A DNA stretch of 64,000 nucleotides from Octopus sinensis (taxonomy: Eukaryota). The translations under genes were made by a program, and so were the position numbers. Positions 37,505 through 50,520 of this stretch are shown piece after piece. Positions within the stretch are counted from its first letter, which is position 1; every line of letters begins with the position of its first letter. The stretch covers positions 32,860,001-32,924,000 of the forward strand of contig NC_043003.1 of NCBI RefSeq assembly GCF_006345805.1. The letters are read 5' to 3'. Under the pieces are notes generated by a model. The model had not been told where the DNA came from. It searched no databases and saw nothing but the letters and a program-made list of their open reading frames with translations.

Positions 37505-37872
37505 TGAGAAAGAGAGATAAGTGAGAGAAAGAAAGCAAGAGAGAAAGGGGGGGGAGAGAAAAAGAGAGTGAAGGAGGAATATATAGCCTATTGGTAAGTT
37601 AACAGTTGTCGTTTATTAAATTTTACATATAAAGCTCTTTCGCCATACACATACATGCACACACACACACACGCGCGCGCGCATATACGCACAATACATA
37701 CGCATATGCATGTAAATAGACTTATATGAAAGCTTATATATATAGGTATGTATATGGCGATTATATATATATATCATGCAAACTTATATATAAGTATATA
37801 TAAATGTAAGCTTATATATATAAAAATACATACTTACATACATACAATATATATATATATATATATTTATAT

Positions 37873-37913
<41 letters not shown>

Positions 37914-38800
37914 TATATATATATTGAAATTGATTGATATATATATATATATATAAATATTGTATATATATATTGAATATATATATATGTACGTATCTAT
38001 ATATGTATATATCCATCTACATATATATGTATATATATATATATGTGGTGTGTGTATGTAGGTACTCAAAAGTATGTATATGTCTGTATGTATGAATTAT
38101 ATTCCAGTTTGTCTTGTCTTCATATAAATTCCAGTTTTTTCTTCCTTTAAGCTTACCCAGTTTTGCTTCCATTTTTCTTTATATCTTTCATGTTTTTCCT
38201 TTTATACCATTTTTTAGTAGTTCTTTGATGATTTTCCTAATACATTCTGATTTGTTTTTGTTAAATATTGTTTTTTTTCTCCCACTCTTCTTGTGCTTCT
38301 TTCGTTTTATTCATTATAACAACTCATTTTTCTTTCATAATGTTCATCATAATTTTTTTAAAGTTTTAAATTTCTCACTCCTTTCAAAGTATATTCGAAG
38401 TTTCTTAAAATAATATCGACAGTCTTTGTATCTTTTGAGAGAATATTTTTGTTTCTAACTTTTGAAACTCTATAGAGATGGAAAGAAAAATAAGTTAGCA
38501 ATGTCGATATTAATGTTTTTGACATTTATTTCACTGGATTAAGAGTCATTAGTTGTAGCTCTTCTGGTAAAAATGCAAAATCTCGAGAACGGAAAACAGA
38601 TTTAGGACGAGCTTATATGATTTAACTAACTCTGTTTACTGTCTATTTCAAACATCTGGAAGTCTCACTGAGGAACAGAAAAGCAAATATACATATTTTT
38701 CTGCGATGCTTACATGTACATGTATATATATATTAATATATATTATATATATTATATATATATATATATATATATGCATATATATATGTATATAAATGTA

Positions 38801-38839
<39 letters not shown>

Positions 38840-38840
38840 T

Positions 38841-38871
<31 letters not shown>

Positions 38872-40188
38872 CATATATGTGTATATATATTATAATATAT
38901 ATATGTGGGTGTGTGTTTACATGTTATAGGCAGTACTTAATGCGACATATGCCATGTCAGTATTAAGTTGTTAGAAAGCAAATAGAAAATTGTTAAAGAA
39001 TTATAAAACTCTTCAGTTCCAAAAAGATTTAAAGACTTTAAAGCCATCAACTTCAAAGCAGTAAAAGAACTAATCATTGCCTGGAACTAAGGGTAGAAAC
39101 ATTTCCGTATCACAACAGGTGGTTGTCGTACCACCTAAGGATTTGACGCTATGTCAAATGTCAATGGACAACCAGTCTGGTTGAGCCCCGCTTCGTTCCA
39201 AACTGTCAGATATGATCGGAAACCGTAGATACAAGAATTGTAGTGAGATGACTTAATAGGAACTTGAATTTGGTTACAAACTTGGTTAGTACTTTGCAAT
39301 TAAGCATTTATGTAAACTATATACTTCGCCTGTATCAGTGCTGAATTTTTATTTTAAATTTGCAGGTAGTTAATTAATTCAATGCTGCTTAAGGTTATAA
39401 ACGTTAAAGTAAAAGTTATAATTGCGGTCCATAATAATAAAATTGTACGCTTTAATATGCAGGCAAGAATGGGGAACACATTTAATGTGGCTTTAAACTA
39501 CAATTACATGGTAAATCTTTGATATTTCAATGCAAAACTAAAATTCTACAAAACTACACTGTTTTCCGAATTCAGCATAGAAATTTTTTTTATCATCATG
39601 AAAGCAGAAAATATGGCACAAATCCTCTTTAACAGAGCTGTCGGTAATGCCAGGTCGCACATTTATGTTTCATCAGGATAATCATGAAAAACGCATCTCA
39701 TACTTATTTTTTATCACGTAATTCAATGGTAGTACTGCTATGAATGGAAATACACAAGATTTATTAGCCTTATCATTTATAATGAATTTTGTTATATATA
39801 TATGTTTTAAATATTTCACTTAAAGTCAAACCAATGCAAGCTATAAAAATTTAATAATACAGGTCAATAGCTATCAACTCCTTTTCTCCTTAAATTTTCC
39901 TGAAGAAGGAGTCCTAACCCTGAAAATTTGAAATACCATGTAATAGTTCTAACCATCGACCTGTATCATTTATTTCTCATAACTCGTATTGTTTTGGTTT
40001 TAAAAAAATATTTGAAACATTTGTATATATCCGATAGCGCTTCGTTAAAACTATACTAGCTATACACACACACACACATATATTTTGCTCCAGCATGGTT
40101 ACAGTCAGATGACTGAGACAGGTAAAAGAAAAAATATATATATACAAACACATATAAATACACATATATGTATATAATATATATATAG

Positions 40189-40219
<31 letters not shown>

Positions 40220-40289
40220 TAATCATAAGGACGTAATTCTACATATACCTGCTATATATATACACACAGAAATACACACACACATATAT

Positions 40290-40840
40290 ATTGTTGGTCT
40301 TTACATGCCTCCCCAAGTACCTCTAAAGTGCTTTGAAGACTGCCTCAACGAAATCAAGTTCTTTCAAAAATACAACTCCGGAAACATACTAGTGATGGGT
40401 GATTTTAACCTACCTCATATAAACTGGCCTACAGATACTATGAAGCTAGGCAAATGGTCTACATCAGACAAAGCATCAGCGGGATTACTCTTTAATCTAA
40501 TGGATAAAATTTTCCTGACTCAGCTAGTGCTCGAACCAACAAGACAGAATAAAACTCTCCTCTCAGACCACGACATGATACTCTACAATTTAAATTCCCG
40601 GCATATCAAAACTAAACCAGCCAATCCTACTCCACTGCTCTTACTTGACAATATAAACTTCCACAAAGCGGACTGGGGAGCAATCAGAAAGAATCTGTCC
40701 TTCATCGACTGGTCCTTCACTCCCACTTCAACTCAAATTGAGACTGCATGGCAGCACTTTGGGAACATTGTCATCTATACATGCTCAAAACATGCTTCTA
40801 CGAAATCCCACAAACACAAACAGAAACCGGCTCCCTAGAA
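40290..40840 (+). pseudogene. CR1/L2-type LINE AP endonuclease remnant
   Basis: ILVMGDFNLPHINW, LTQLVLEPTR, SDHDMI, NFHKADW; the LDL block between PTR and SDH is deleted. Confidence 0.85.
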
Positions 40841-41061
40841 AGAAAAAACAACACTCAGCAGGTAATGTCGAAGCATTTAAGATTATTTTCAACATATTTC
40901 TTGTAAAATGCCCCATTTTTGACGGTACGGGTATACTAGTTTCTGTAGGAGATATAACATATATACGCAGGTATAGTAAAAATCTATATACTATATATGA
41001 ATTTTATATATGTTACTTATACAAATATACTCCTAATATTGTACACACACACACACACACT

Positions 41062-41133
<72 letters not shown>

Positions 41134-42164
41134 TCTTACAAACATACATGTGCATTTGTGCGTGTGAGTGCAACCACTGCACCAAAGGATGTTTTCATGT
41201 GCGTCGCTGAATATGACGCTATTCTTCCTTCTATATACAAAGTCGCTTTCAGCCATACTTGTGTTGCATTTGGTTTTCATTATTTCCATGCATTCATCTA
41301 GGCAAGAGTATGCATACATATGTGCAGCTTTCAAATTATTAGTTTGTATTTCGACACATGTACAAAAATAATAACAGATAAATCGCTTTCTTCGCTATAC
41401 AAGCAATTAATAAGACAAACTTACGCCACAATAAAGAAGCATTCAAGTGTAATTTTAATTATTGCATAAAGTTCCTTATTAAACGTACGTGATTGGGGTC
41501 TCTAAAACTTTAGACATTCTCGAAACAAGCTTTAACCTTTTTTTTCATTACGATGCAACAATTGTATAGAAATTTCTGATTATATTTGATTGTTTTCATA
41601 GAAGCAACTATTGAATTTGTCAAGGATCTAATCTAGTCAAATCTGTTAGTGGTACAAGAAATTATGCATAAGGTGTTCTTAGCAATTCGTACCTTTCCGT
41701 TCAAGGTTCTAGGTCACATGTCTTAACTGTTTAAAACAGTTAAGATGCGTGACTGCGATAAACTGAGATTTTCTTTCTAACTTGTATAATAACGTTTTGT
41801 CTTCATAACAATGATGTATTTTGTTCACACCTAACTAACAGGGAACCCCTTTTGTCATTATGGAGGCGAAAATAGAGATGATTATCTGATTAAGTGTTAA
41901 CATAATATGCTCAGTGAATACGCAGAAATCAAAAGAAAGGCTGATATTAATGCTGTAAAAGGTATCGGATTGGTCAAACAAAGTAAAAAGCATTTTAATC
42001 TTGAACCAATGACAGCAACGACATCACTTGCAAGTCTTAAATAATAACTGTGATATTTTGCTTTTGTTTCACGTTGCTAGAAAAACCCGGGTTTGTTGTT
42101 TTTAAGCTAACTCAAATGTGAAGGGTTTAATTCCTTTACGAATATGTACATAGTTACGCTTTAT

Positions 42165-42325
42165 CTTTTATTTTTGACTTGTTTCAACGGTGGAGCATTA
42201 CATTAAAGAGTTTAGTCGACGCTAGTACTTATTTTTCAAGTCTAGTACTTATTCTATCGCTCACTTATGTCACCAAGAAACCAACATCTTTTGTCGAACT
42301 GCGGTAGGAAATAAACACAGACAAA
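42165..42325 (-). mobile_element. SINE family A-related 3' fragment
   Basis: cttgtttca..gagtttagtcgac..gtacttattctatcg..aacaccaaca. Confidence 0.5.
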
Positions 42326-42387
42326 TGCTGCACGTACATACATACATACACACATACATATACACAATGCACATACGTATGTATGTT

Positions 42388-42475
<88 letters not shown>

Positions 42476-42924
42476 CACAGTTCCTAAAATACCCAGCGTT
42501 GCCTAAGTTGAAGACCAAAGCAATGAATAGTAATATCGCAAACCAACTTAATTAAATTGCAGTACAGCTTTTGAAAACAATCTAAGCGAAATTTCAGACT
42601 AAGAACACTTTGTGGATTGTTTTTTAGCTTTATTTTTATGAATACTTTTTTGTCGAAATTTTAGATACACGTAATTTTAGGACTAAAAAAAAAAAAAGAA
42701 GAAAAAAACCTGTACAGGAATTCAAATATTTTCAGTCACCGAATTTCTGTTTAAATGTGATATTTACTCGAATCCACAATCTGCTGTTTTTGTAATCTGT
42801 GTGGAAGTTTTTTAGCGACAGTCAAGGAGGATGGAATATAAATTCCGTCTCTTGCTTCCAAGAAATATCAGGCTATATTTTGTCTAGCATCTCCATTTGG
42901 AGGGAATTTATCTCCCCTTAAATT

Positions 42925-43284
42925 TGCAACCATGCTTCCGTGGTTCAGTCCCACTGCATCGCACCTTGGGCATCGCACCAAGGCATATTCTCCTGTAACC
43001 TCGGGCTGCTCAAAGCCTTTGACAGACGGAAACTGAAAGAAGACCGTCAAGTGTATATATGTGTATATATATTTATGTGTGTATCTTTCTGTCTGTGTTT
43101 GTCCCCCACTATCGCTTGACAACCGATGTTTGTGTATTTATGTCCCCGAAATTTAGCGGTTCGACAAAAAGTGTCCTATAGAATGAGTACTAGGCTTACA
43201 AAGAATAAGTCCTGGGGTCGATTTGTTCGACTAAAAGCAGTGCTACAGTAAGGCGTAGTCAAATGACTGAAACGTGCAAAAGAG

Positions 43285-43285
<1 letters not shown>
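42925..43285 (+). mobile_element. SINE family A
   Basis: ggttcagtcccactgc..gcaccttggg..gacggaaactgaaagaag..tagcggttcg..aagtcctggggtcgatttgttcgactaa. Confidence 0.8.
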
Positions 43286-43318
<33 letters not shown>

Positions 43319-43320
43319 AA

Positions 43321-43764
43321 AATAAGCAACAAGAATGAATCCGGTAATTTAGTACAATTGTTTCATACTACAACATTTTATTAAAAGCTGTAAATATTAC
43401 AGCAGATTTAAGATGCCGAGTAATCTTCAGCTAATTTTATATAGGTTTTCCAATAATATAAAGTTCTCAAATCAATTAATAACATCTTAGGGAAGGTAAA
43501 TATACAGATAAAGATGTAGATATGAATCTTAGGAACATGAGGTAGTGTAGTTTGGATGCCAACTGACCAAAACCTTGTTTACAACTGACTGTTGTAAGAA
43601 AATTTCTTTAGTTATAAGCATAGGGGTAAGGGCAGGTCAAGAATTCAAGTTAGTTGAAGAAAAGAAGAGGAAAATTCAGGAGATGTAAAAGAAGAACAGA
43701 TTGTCACTAGAACAAAGGGTCAATTTATTTATGTGGTGACAAAATCAGTTCTTCTTTTACATCT
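43321..43764 (-). mobile_element. Penelope-like terminal-repeat remnant
   Basis: Non-coding AT-rich segment ending in a minimal hammerhead with palindromic helix III. The PLE assignment is inferred from the ribozyme type. Confidence 0.55.
43346..43436 (-). ncRNA. Minimal type-I hammerhead ribozyme candidate
   Basis: TTAG-CTGAAGA-T-TACT..(GCTGTAA/TTACAGC hairpin)..AGTA-T-GAA-ACAATTGT-A-CTAA: intact CUGANGA and GAAA, 8-nt palindromic helix III, GUA cleavage triplet. Confidence 0.65.
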
Positions 43765-43892
43765 GAAATTGAATGGACCATAAACAAAACTTGATTTAGA
43801 CAGGATTCAAATAATCCTATCAGGTGGTGCTATTAAGTTAGACATGGCCTGGACCAATCATTGGTCGAAACATATCTAGTTTATCTAAGTTA
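43765..43892 (+). mobile_element. Very short 5'-truncated copy of the CR1/L2-type LINE 3' end
   Basis: Nearly identical to 32345-32457 (caggattc.aataatcctatcaggtggtgctattaagttagacatggcctggaccaatc..tggtcgaaa). Confidence 0.9.
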
Positions 43893-44525
43893 TATATATA
43901 TGTATATAATAATATATATATATATATATAATATATATATACTATATATATATGTGTGTGTGTGTGTTATTGTATGTGTGTGTGTGTGTGTGTGTGTGTG
44001 AATGTATGTATTTGTATGTTTATACATATATGTATATATAAACATGCATACATATATACATAACTGTAAAGGAAAAGAGAGAAAAACAAAAGGAAAATAA
44101 ATATACTTGTTTAAGAGAACGCCATGACTAGAAGGTAATCAGAAGTGGTCTTATTTGCCAGGACATGTCTATAAAGGGAATTGAGGTGCTTGAAAGAGGT
44201 GTGTGTTTGTGTGTGTGTGTGGGGGGTCGTTTTACGCAGAAGTATGTGTATGTAGAAGTATATATATATATATATTTATATATGTTTACTGTGCACACTT
44301 CATAGATTTCGAGAGTAGTTTGCAAACTATGATGTGTATTCATATGTAATCAGTATGTGATGAACATGTGCTTGTGTATGTTTTTGCATAAACTGCATAT
44401 GCGTATATATTGTATGTGTGTGCGTGCATTAGTGGAAGAGTGTAATTGAGGCGAAAAGTTTAACTGCTATAAATTCTGTTGTGCGTTAGCACGTGCGCCC
44501 TCGCGTCATTCAGCAAGTGTGTGTA

Positions 44526-45404
44526 CGATGTCTGATCAATAAGTAACCGGAATTATGATATAGTAACGAAGCTAAAGCTCACAAAGTGAAGCCGCTCCGC
44601 AGAGATTGACCAAGATCTCTGTTTCACATGTGCACAAAGTTGTAATGTTCTAGCTTACTTCCTGTGTTTACAGCACTCCCTGGAAGGAAAGTGTCTAGCT
44701 TGTGATCGTCACATTGCCCATGACAGAGTAAGTTGTCATGGCAATACCTGCTCAGAGGCCTACGCAAAGTTGTAGAAAGTCTATGGAGAGGAGTGTATGA
44801 GCTGCACACAAGTGTACAAGTAGTTCAGACGTTTCCAAGATGGTCGAAAAAATGTCGATATTGACGAACACTCTGGGAGACCCACAACCAGCAAAACTGA
44901 GAAAAACATCGCAGATGTGCGTGCAGCTGTGAGGAGAAATCGTCGAATCACCACCCGTGAGTTATCCGACGATGTGCAGATTAGTTATAGTTCAGTCGAT
45001 TATCACTGAAGATTTGGGTATGAGACGTGTGTCTGCTAAGTTTGTGCCAAAACTGCTTTCAGCTGACCCAAAAGATACTCGGGTTTCAATTGCATAATCT
45101 CTCCTTGATTGTGTTGAGAATAATGAAAACATCGCGTAGGCCTCTGAGCAGGTATCGTTAAGCTTTTGGCAAAATTTGATGCAAATTCTCTGCTCGACTT
45201 TCTCTGACATGGTCAATGCGACGATCACACACTACACACCTTCCTTCAAAGCAGTGCTGTAAACAACGGAAGTGAGCTATAACGTTAAAACTTAGTACGT
45301 ATGCACAGCAGGGTTCAAGGTCAATCTGTGCAAAGCGGCTTTAATCTGTGTGCTTTAGCTCCGTAACTCTGACAACAGTCGGGATACTTATTGATCAGAT
45401 CATG
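44526..45404. mobile_element. Second copy of the double-5'-end non-autonomous mariner
   Basis: TA|CGATGTCTGATCAATAAGTA ... TACTTATTGATCAGATCATG|TA; same internal organisation as 1410-2284. Confidence 0.88.
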
Positions 45405-45733
45405 TATATATTTGCTTCATATGTGTAATAGTATGTTTGTAATAATTTTGTATCATGAAGTGTATATGCTTGTGACCTGATCTGTATGTTTTGTGCGTTT
45501 TAGTTTGCTTGCGATCGTGTGGCGAGTATGTGATGTGTGTTGTATATATGAGTATTACATTCGTAAATTGGGCGTGAGCAGGCGTATAGTCTAGATGTGA
45601 GCGCGAAATGCGCTTATTTATGGGTCCAGAGTATATCAGTATGTCTATGTACGTCCTTGTTAAATTGTAATGATTAGTGCTTTTGTGTTGATTGAAGGAG
45701 CTGAGGAAAATGTTCGATTGAATCCATCCATCC

Positions 45734-45833
<100 letters not shown>

Positions 45834-45919
45834 GCTATATCTATCTATCTATATATATATTATATAATATATATATATATATATTATATATCTGTCTGTC
45901 TGTCTGTCTGTCATGCATC

Positions 45920-46033
45920 GTAACCACATGGTTCTGGGCTCAATTCCACGCCGTGACACTTGGGTAGTGTCTTTTACAATAGTTCCAGGCTTTGTGAGTG
46001 AATTTGGTAGACGGAAACTGAAAGAATCCAGTC

Positions 46034-46075
<42 letters not shown>

Positions 46076-46127
46076 TGTACATATACATACATACACACAC
46101 ACAGACGCACACACACAAACACACACA

Positions 46128-46167
<40 letters not shown>

Positions 46168-46395
46168 CACATACACACGCCTATGTGTGTGTATCTTTGT
46201 GTATGTGTTTCTACCGCCACCACCACTTGACAACCGGTGTTGGTGTGCTTACGTCCCTGTAACTTAGCGGTTCGGCTTAAGAAACAGATAGAATAAGTAC
46301 GAGGCTTGAAAAAAAATAGAAGCACTGGGATCAATTCATTCGACTAAAAGTTCAAGGCGGTGCCTCAACATGACCACAGTCTAATGACTGAAAGA
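45920..46395 (+). mobile_element. SINE family A with expanded internal microsatellite
   Basis: aaccacatggttctgggctcaattcc..gtagacggaaactgaaagaa..aacttagcggttcgg. Confidence 0.8.
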
Positions 46396-46719
46396 ATAGG
46401 CATACAATAAGCAAAGTAGCTAATCAGAAAATCTCTATAAGAGATGAAAGTAGTAATTACATTTGGGAAGTAATGCTTATCGCTACTTCTTCATGGCTGT
46501 TCTGTAGGCACCGATATTCATACCGATATATATTGCAAGCAGGGAACGGGAGTGAGGAGGAGACCCCTTGCTGGGGGTTAAAATAGTAGTAACGTCGGTC
46601 ACTATGAACCAGCCATGATGAAATGGCGATAAACATTACTTCCTCATATATATAATATATTATATATATATATAAATTTATATTATGTTCATTGAACAAG
46701 TTTCAATTAAGTATAACAT

Positions 46720-47630
46720 TTAGCGCGATCATTAGATGCTTCCGTTCAGCTGATACAAGCTTCACGTTTTGATTTTGGTCGAAGTTTTATGTATTAAAGC
46801 ATTTTCTATTCTTTTTAATATTTATAAGTTACTATTAATTTCTAATCAATACTAGGCCTAGGTAGTCATTTTTATCTCTTTATTATGCCATAAGCTTTTC
46901 CAAACTTTCTACTGCATTGTGTCCCCTGATCTTACTTGCGAGAATCTACTTTTATTTATCTCTTCTTGAGTACATTTTACTTCGCTGTTGAGACTTCAGT
47001 TTGAATTCCATTGTTTTAGTCACTTAGAAGACCATCTTATTCACTCTTCAACTTCCATCATTCCATTTTAGTTCCTTTCGTTCCACAATAATTCCCCATG
47101 TGTCATTTAAAATCCATTTTCTTCTTTCTATCTTTCTTTTGTCCAGAACATCTTTGCCTAAATTCAGCTACACATTCCTCACATTCTTCCACGCGTGATT
47201 GATTTCTACATCATCTTCATCTATAGCCTCAAGCAGTACAAATCGATTTCGACATTGAATTACAAATTCACTTTCAATTGTATCATCCTTCAACATTTCC
47301 CTATAAAACCCGTTAATCTTTTTCTCCTTTTCTTCAGTCGCCTACCGACTGGATTTAATTATGTATCCCCTATTAATAACTAACAGCCACTTTCAATATC
47401 CGCGCCTCGATATCTTTTAACATTTTGCAACGATATTTTCGATGTTTTACATTGCTGATTTATAATACAACGAACTATGGGGATGACCAAATATTTTTGT
47501 GAATGTCTTAGTGCTAAAAAAAGAAATCCTTATTAGGAGATTGCTGGCTGTACAGAAGCTTATCAGTACGTCATTCCGACCAGCATCTCCGTGCCCTTGT
47601 ATAACCATATTCAGATTCATACTCTCGTTA
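46720..47630 (-). pseudogene. RTE-clade LINE endonuclease C-terminus and linker remnant
   Basis: GRNDVLISFCTASNLLIRISFFSTK; LKDDTIESEFVIQCRNRFVLL..W..V..LGK..RRKWILNDTWGIIVERKELK. Confidence 0.7.
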
Positions 47631-47637
47631 TTTATGC

Positions 47638-47805
47638 AAATTTTTGCATTTAGATGACCATTCGTAAATTTTTGCATTTAGATGACCGTTCGCAAATTTT
47701 TGCATTTAGATGACCGTTCGCAAATTTTTGCATTTAGATGACCATTCGTAAATTTTTGCATTTAGATGACCGTTCGCAAATTTTTGCATTTAAATGACCA
47801 TTCGC
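47638..47805. repeat. Six tandem copies of a 28-bp unit
   Basis: AAATTTTTGCATTTAGATGACC(A/G)TTCG(T/C) starting at 47638, 47666, 47694, 47722, 47750 and 47778. Confidence 0.95.
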
Positions 47806-48139
47806 AATTATGTTTCACGTTGAAAAATTGTGATAATATTTTTCAAAGGAATAGTTTAAGAATATCAGTCAAACATTAGTTTTCTTTTAATTGTTCTCGT
47901 CGTGTGTTTATGTTAGAAATAATTATTTGGAAGTATGATGGGTGACATGGCTGGAAAATCGTAGATTATCGACTAAAATAGTGACCAACATCAAGTAATG
48001 GTTCGTTAACTGCTTCCATGAAATTCCGCTATGGCCAGCTTTTCTTGTCATTAGATCATGGATCGATAAAGTAAGTGCAATTCAATTATTAGATCATATC
48101 AAGGATAGCTCGCCCATAAAGTTGTTTACCATTGAAAGA

Positions 48140-48577
48140 TATCCTTATTATAGGCATGCCGGTGTTACTCCTTTCTCTACCCACTGTCTTGGGCTCTTGA
48201 TAGTTTCATAGAGAACCCAATTCTCGTCACCAGTCACTATTCGGTTAAAAAAATATTCATTTGTAAGGCATGACAGCAAAGAAGAACGCACATTCACCCT
48301 CTGCACGTGATTAGACACGGAAAGTTTGTGAGAAACCCTCTGACCTAATTTGCTAACTTTTCCGATGAAAAGCAGCTGTCGATGCATGGTTGAATGACCA
48401 AACCCTAGGTTCTCTGCTAGTTCCTCAACAGTTACGATTGAGATTTTGTTCCACCAGGGTTTGTAGGTCGTCCTCGTCGAGCTCTACAGATCTTCCATGA
48501 TGAGGCTCATCTTCTAGGCTCTAGTATACGGCTCGGAATTTCTGGAGCCACTGTTGACACAGGCTTAACCGATCTTG
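48140..48577 (-). pseudogene. Mariner transposase remnant (HTH through the first catalytic Asp)
   Basis: CQQWLQKFRA..SLEDEP..GRSVELDED.LQTLVEQ; GKVSKLGQRVSHKLS; FNRIVTGDENWVLY. Confidence 0.85.
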
Positions 48578-48930
48578 ACTGAGAAAAGCTATGACTGCCA
48601 TACATTCTCCCTGCAGTTCTGCAGAGAGAAGCGATGGTAATCATGGTACGCTTCAGTTCCATGATTGCCACGCTGGCAATCACGGCACGCTCATCCCATC
48701 CTTTTTTCCACAGGACTGTAAGCTCAATCATGATTTTTTTCTTGCCTTTTCAAAACACAGAACTATATTTGGCCTCAGAGTTGTATGGACGACCTGGGGA
48801 TACTGCAGACTTCACCCCAAGACCACTTTCATATCTCATGATAGAGAACCATGTAGTAAGCTATTTGATATTTTTACTGTCCACACGGGCTTTTCTCGTT
48901 CCTTCACGAACTTGATTGCTGCGGCTTTTT
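48578..48930 (-). pseudogene. RLE domain remnant of a Hero/NeSL-like non-LTR retrotransposon
   Basis: LQYPQVVHTTLRPNIVLCFEKARKKIMIELTVLWKKG..CRENVWQS*LFSVKIG resembles LRPDIVLWSxxxKxIxxIELTVPWE..CRxxGWxAxxFPVEVG. Confidence 0.7.
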
Positions 48931-49020
48931 AACCCGAAGACGACGTTTTTTTTGGAATTACACAACACACACACACCACACACACACACACATACACACA
49001 CACATATATTATATATATAG

Positions 49021-49281
49021 TCCCACTGCGTGGTATCTTTGATAAGTGTCTTCTACTATAGCCTCGGGCCGACCAAAGCCTGTGAGTGGATTTGGTAGAC
49101 GGAAACTAAAAGAAGTCCGTCTTTATATATATATATATATATTAATATATATATATATATAATATATATATATAGATAATATATTATATGTATGTGGGCA
49201 TGATGTATGAATGGCACGTGTGTATGTGTGTATATGTTTGTGTGTCTGTGTTTGTGGTTCGGAAAAAGAGACCAATAGCAT
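49021..49281 (+). mobile_element. SINE family A, truncated at the assembly gap
   Basis: tcccactgcgtgg..gtcttctactatagcctcgggccgaccaaagcc..ggttcgg.aaaagagacc. Confidence 0.8.
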
Positions 49282-49381
49282 NNNNNNNNNNNNNNNNNNN
49301 NNNNNNNNNNNNNNNNNNNNNNNNNNNNNNNNNNNNNNNNNNNNNNNNNNNNNNNNNNNNNNNNNNNNNNNNNNNNNNNNN
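49282..49381. other. Assembly gap (100 N)
   Basis: Run of N. Confidence 1.
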
Positions 49382-49410
49382 CGATTTATACATACATGTA
49401 TATATGTTCA

Positions 49411-49629
49411 TTTATTTGTTTCAGTCATTTGACTGCAGCCATGTTGGGGCACCGCTTTTAGTCGAACAAATCGACCCCTAGTGCTTTTTCTTTGTAAGTT
49501 ATTGTATCAGTCAGTTTTGCTGAACGGCCAAGTTACGGAGACGTAAGTACTCCACCATCGGTTGTCAAGCGACATTGGGGAGACAAGCACAGACACACAA
49601 ATATACACACACACATCTGCCTGTCTGTC

Positions 49630-49693
<64 letters not shown>

Positions 49694-49703
49694 CCCTCTC
49701 TCT

Positions 49704-49739
<36 letters not shown>

Positions 49740-49810
49740 CGGGTTTCTTTCAGTTTCAGTCTACTAAAAAATCTAATCACAAGGCTTTGGTTGCCCAAAG
49801 CTATAATAAC
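49411..49810 (-). mobile_element. SINE family A, 5'-truncated, with internal microsatellites
   Basis: ttgtttcagtcatttgactgcagccatg..gtcgaacaaatcgacccc..gtttctttcagtttc.gtctac..cacaaggctttggt. Confidence 0.8.
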
Positions 49811-49848
49811 TATAATATATATATATATATATATAATATATATATATA

Positions 49849-49919
<71 letters not shown>

Positions 49920-50099
49920 ATATAGGGGTAAAATGAAAAATCAACGAAAATGCACATTGCAAATAAAAAAAGGCCATTTATGACAGGTAACGACAAATAT
50001 ATACATTTAGATTGACTGAGGTAGTAATGCGAGTCATAAAAGTCATTATTATGAGATGATTATAAGATGATAATAATAATAATAATACAGTAAGAGAAC

Positions 50100-50520
50100 A
50101 AAACGGACCATGGTTTACGCGAAACTATTCATCGTTTGAACAACACCGGTTGATACACGGTGTCAGGTCTAATAGTTCCTGAGGAAAAAGATTATTTGTA
50201 AGGGAGGTAAGTAGTTCTGGATTTAGAGATGTGAGGAGTGTAGGAAGTGTATAGGGGTTAGTGGTTTTTAATTGAAGTGTTAGTGGTGTTCTGTATTGAG
50301 TTGTGTGTTCATGTTTAGTTGGGGGAGGTGTGTGTGGTTAAAGTCACCAGGCAAAGTGTTACTTTCTGCTATAACAAATTTCACATACATTTCCCTGGCT
50401 GGTTCATATCCAGTGCTTATTTTGACCAGTTTCACACAAGAACAAAACTTTACCCGTGTGGGAATTGCGTACTGGGCAGAAACACGGCTTGTCTTCCCAC
50501 ATCATGTTCAGTCTTAAATT
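50100..50520 (-). pseudogene. Possible highly decayed Penelope-like GIY-YIG remnant
   Basis: Fragmentary ETGQ..RMNQ and LKTTNPY motifs needing several frameshifts. Confidence 0.3.

Noticed and set aside
41721-41745. Perfect 12-bp-arm palindrome as a Helitron 3' hairpin
   Set aside because: AT-rich stem; the nearby CTAG on the minus strand is not followed by T, and no 5' TC end or family evidence was found.
47638-47805. CRISPR-like 28-bp repeats
   Set aside because: Units are directly adjacent with no spacers, there are no cas genes, and the context is eukaryotic.
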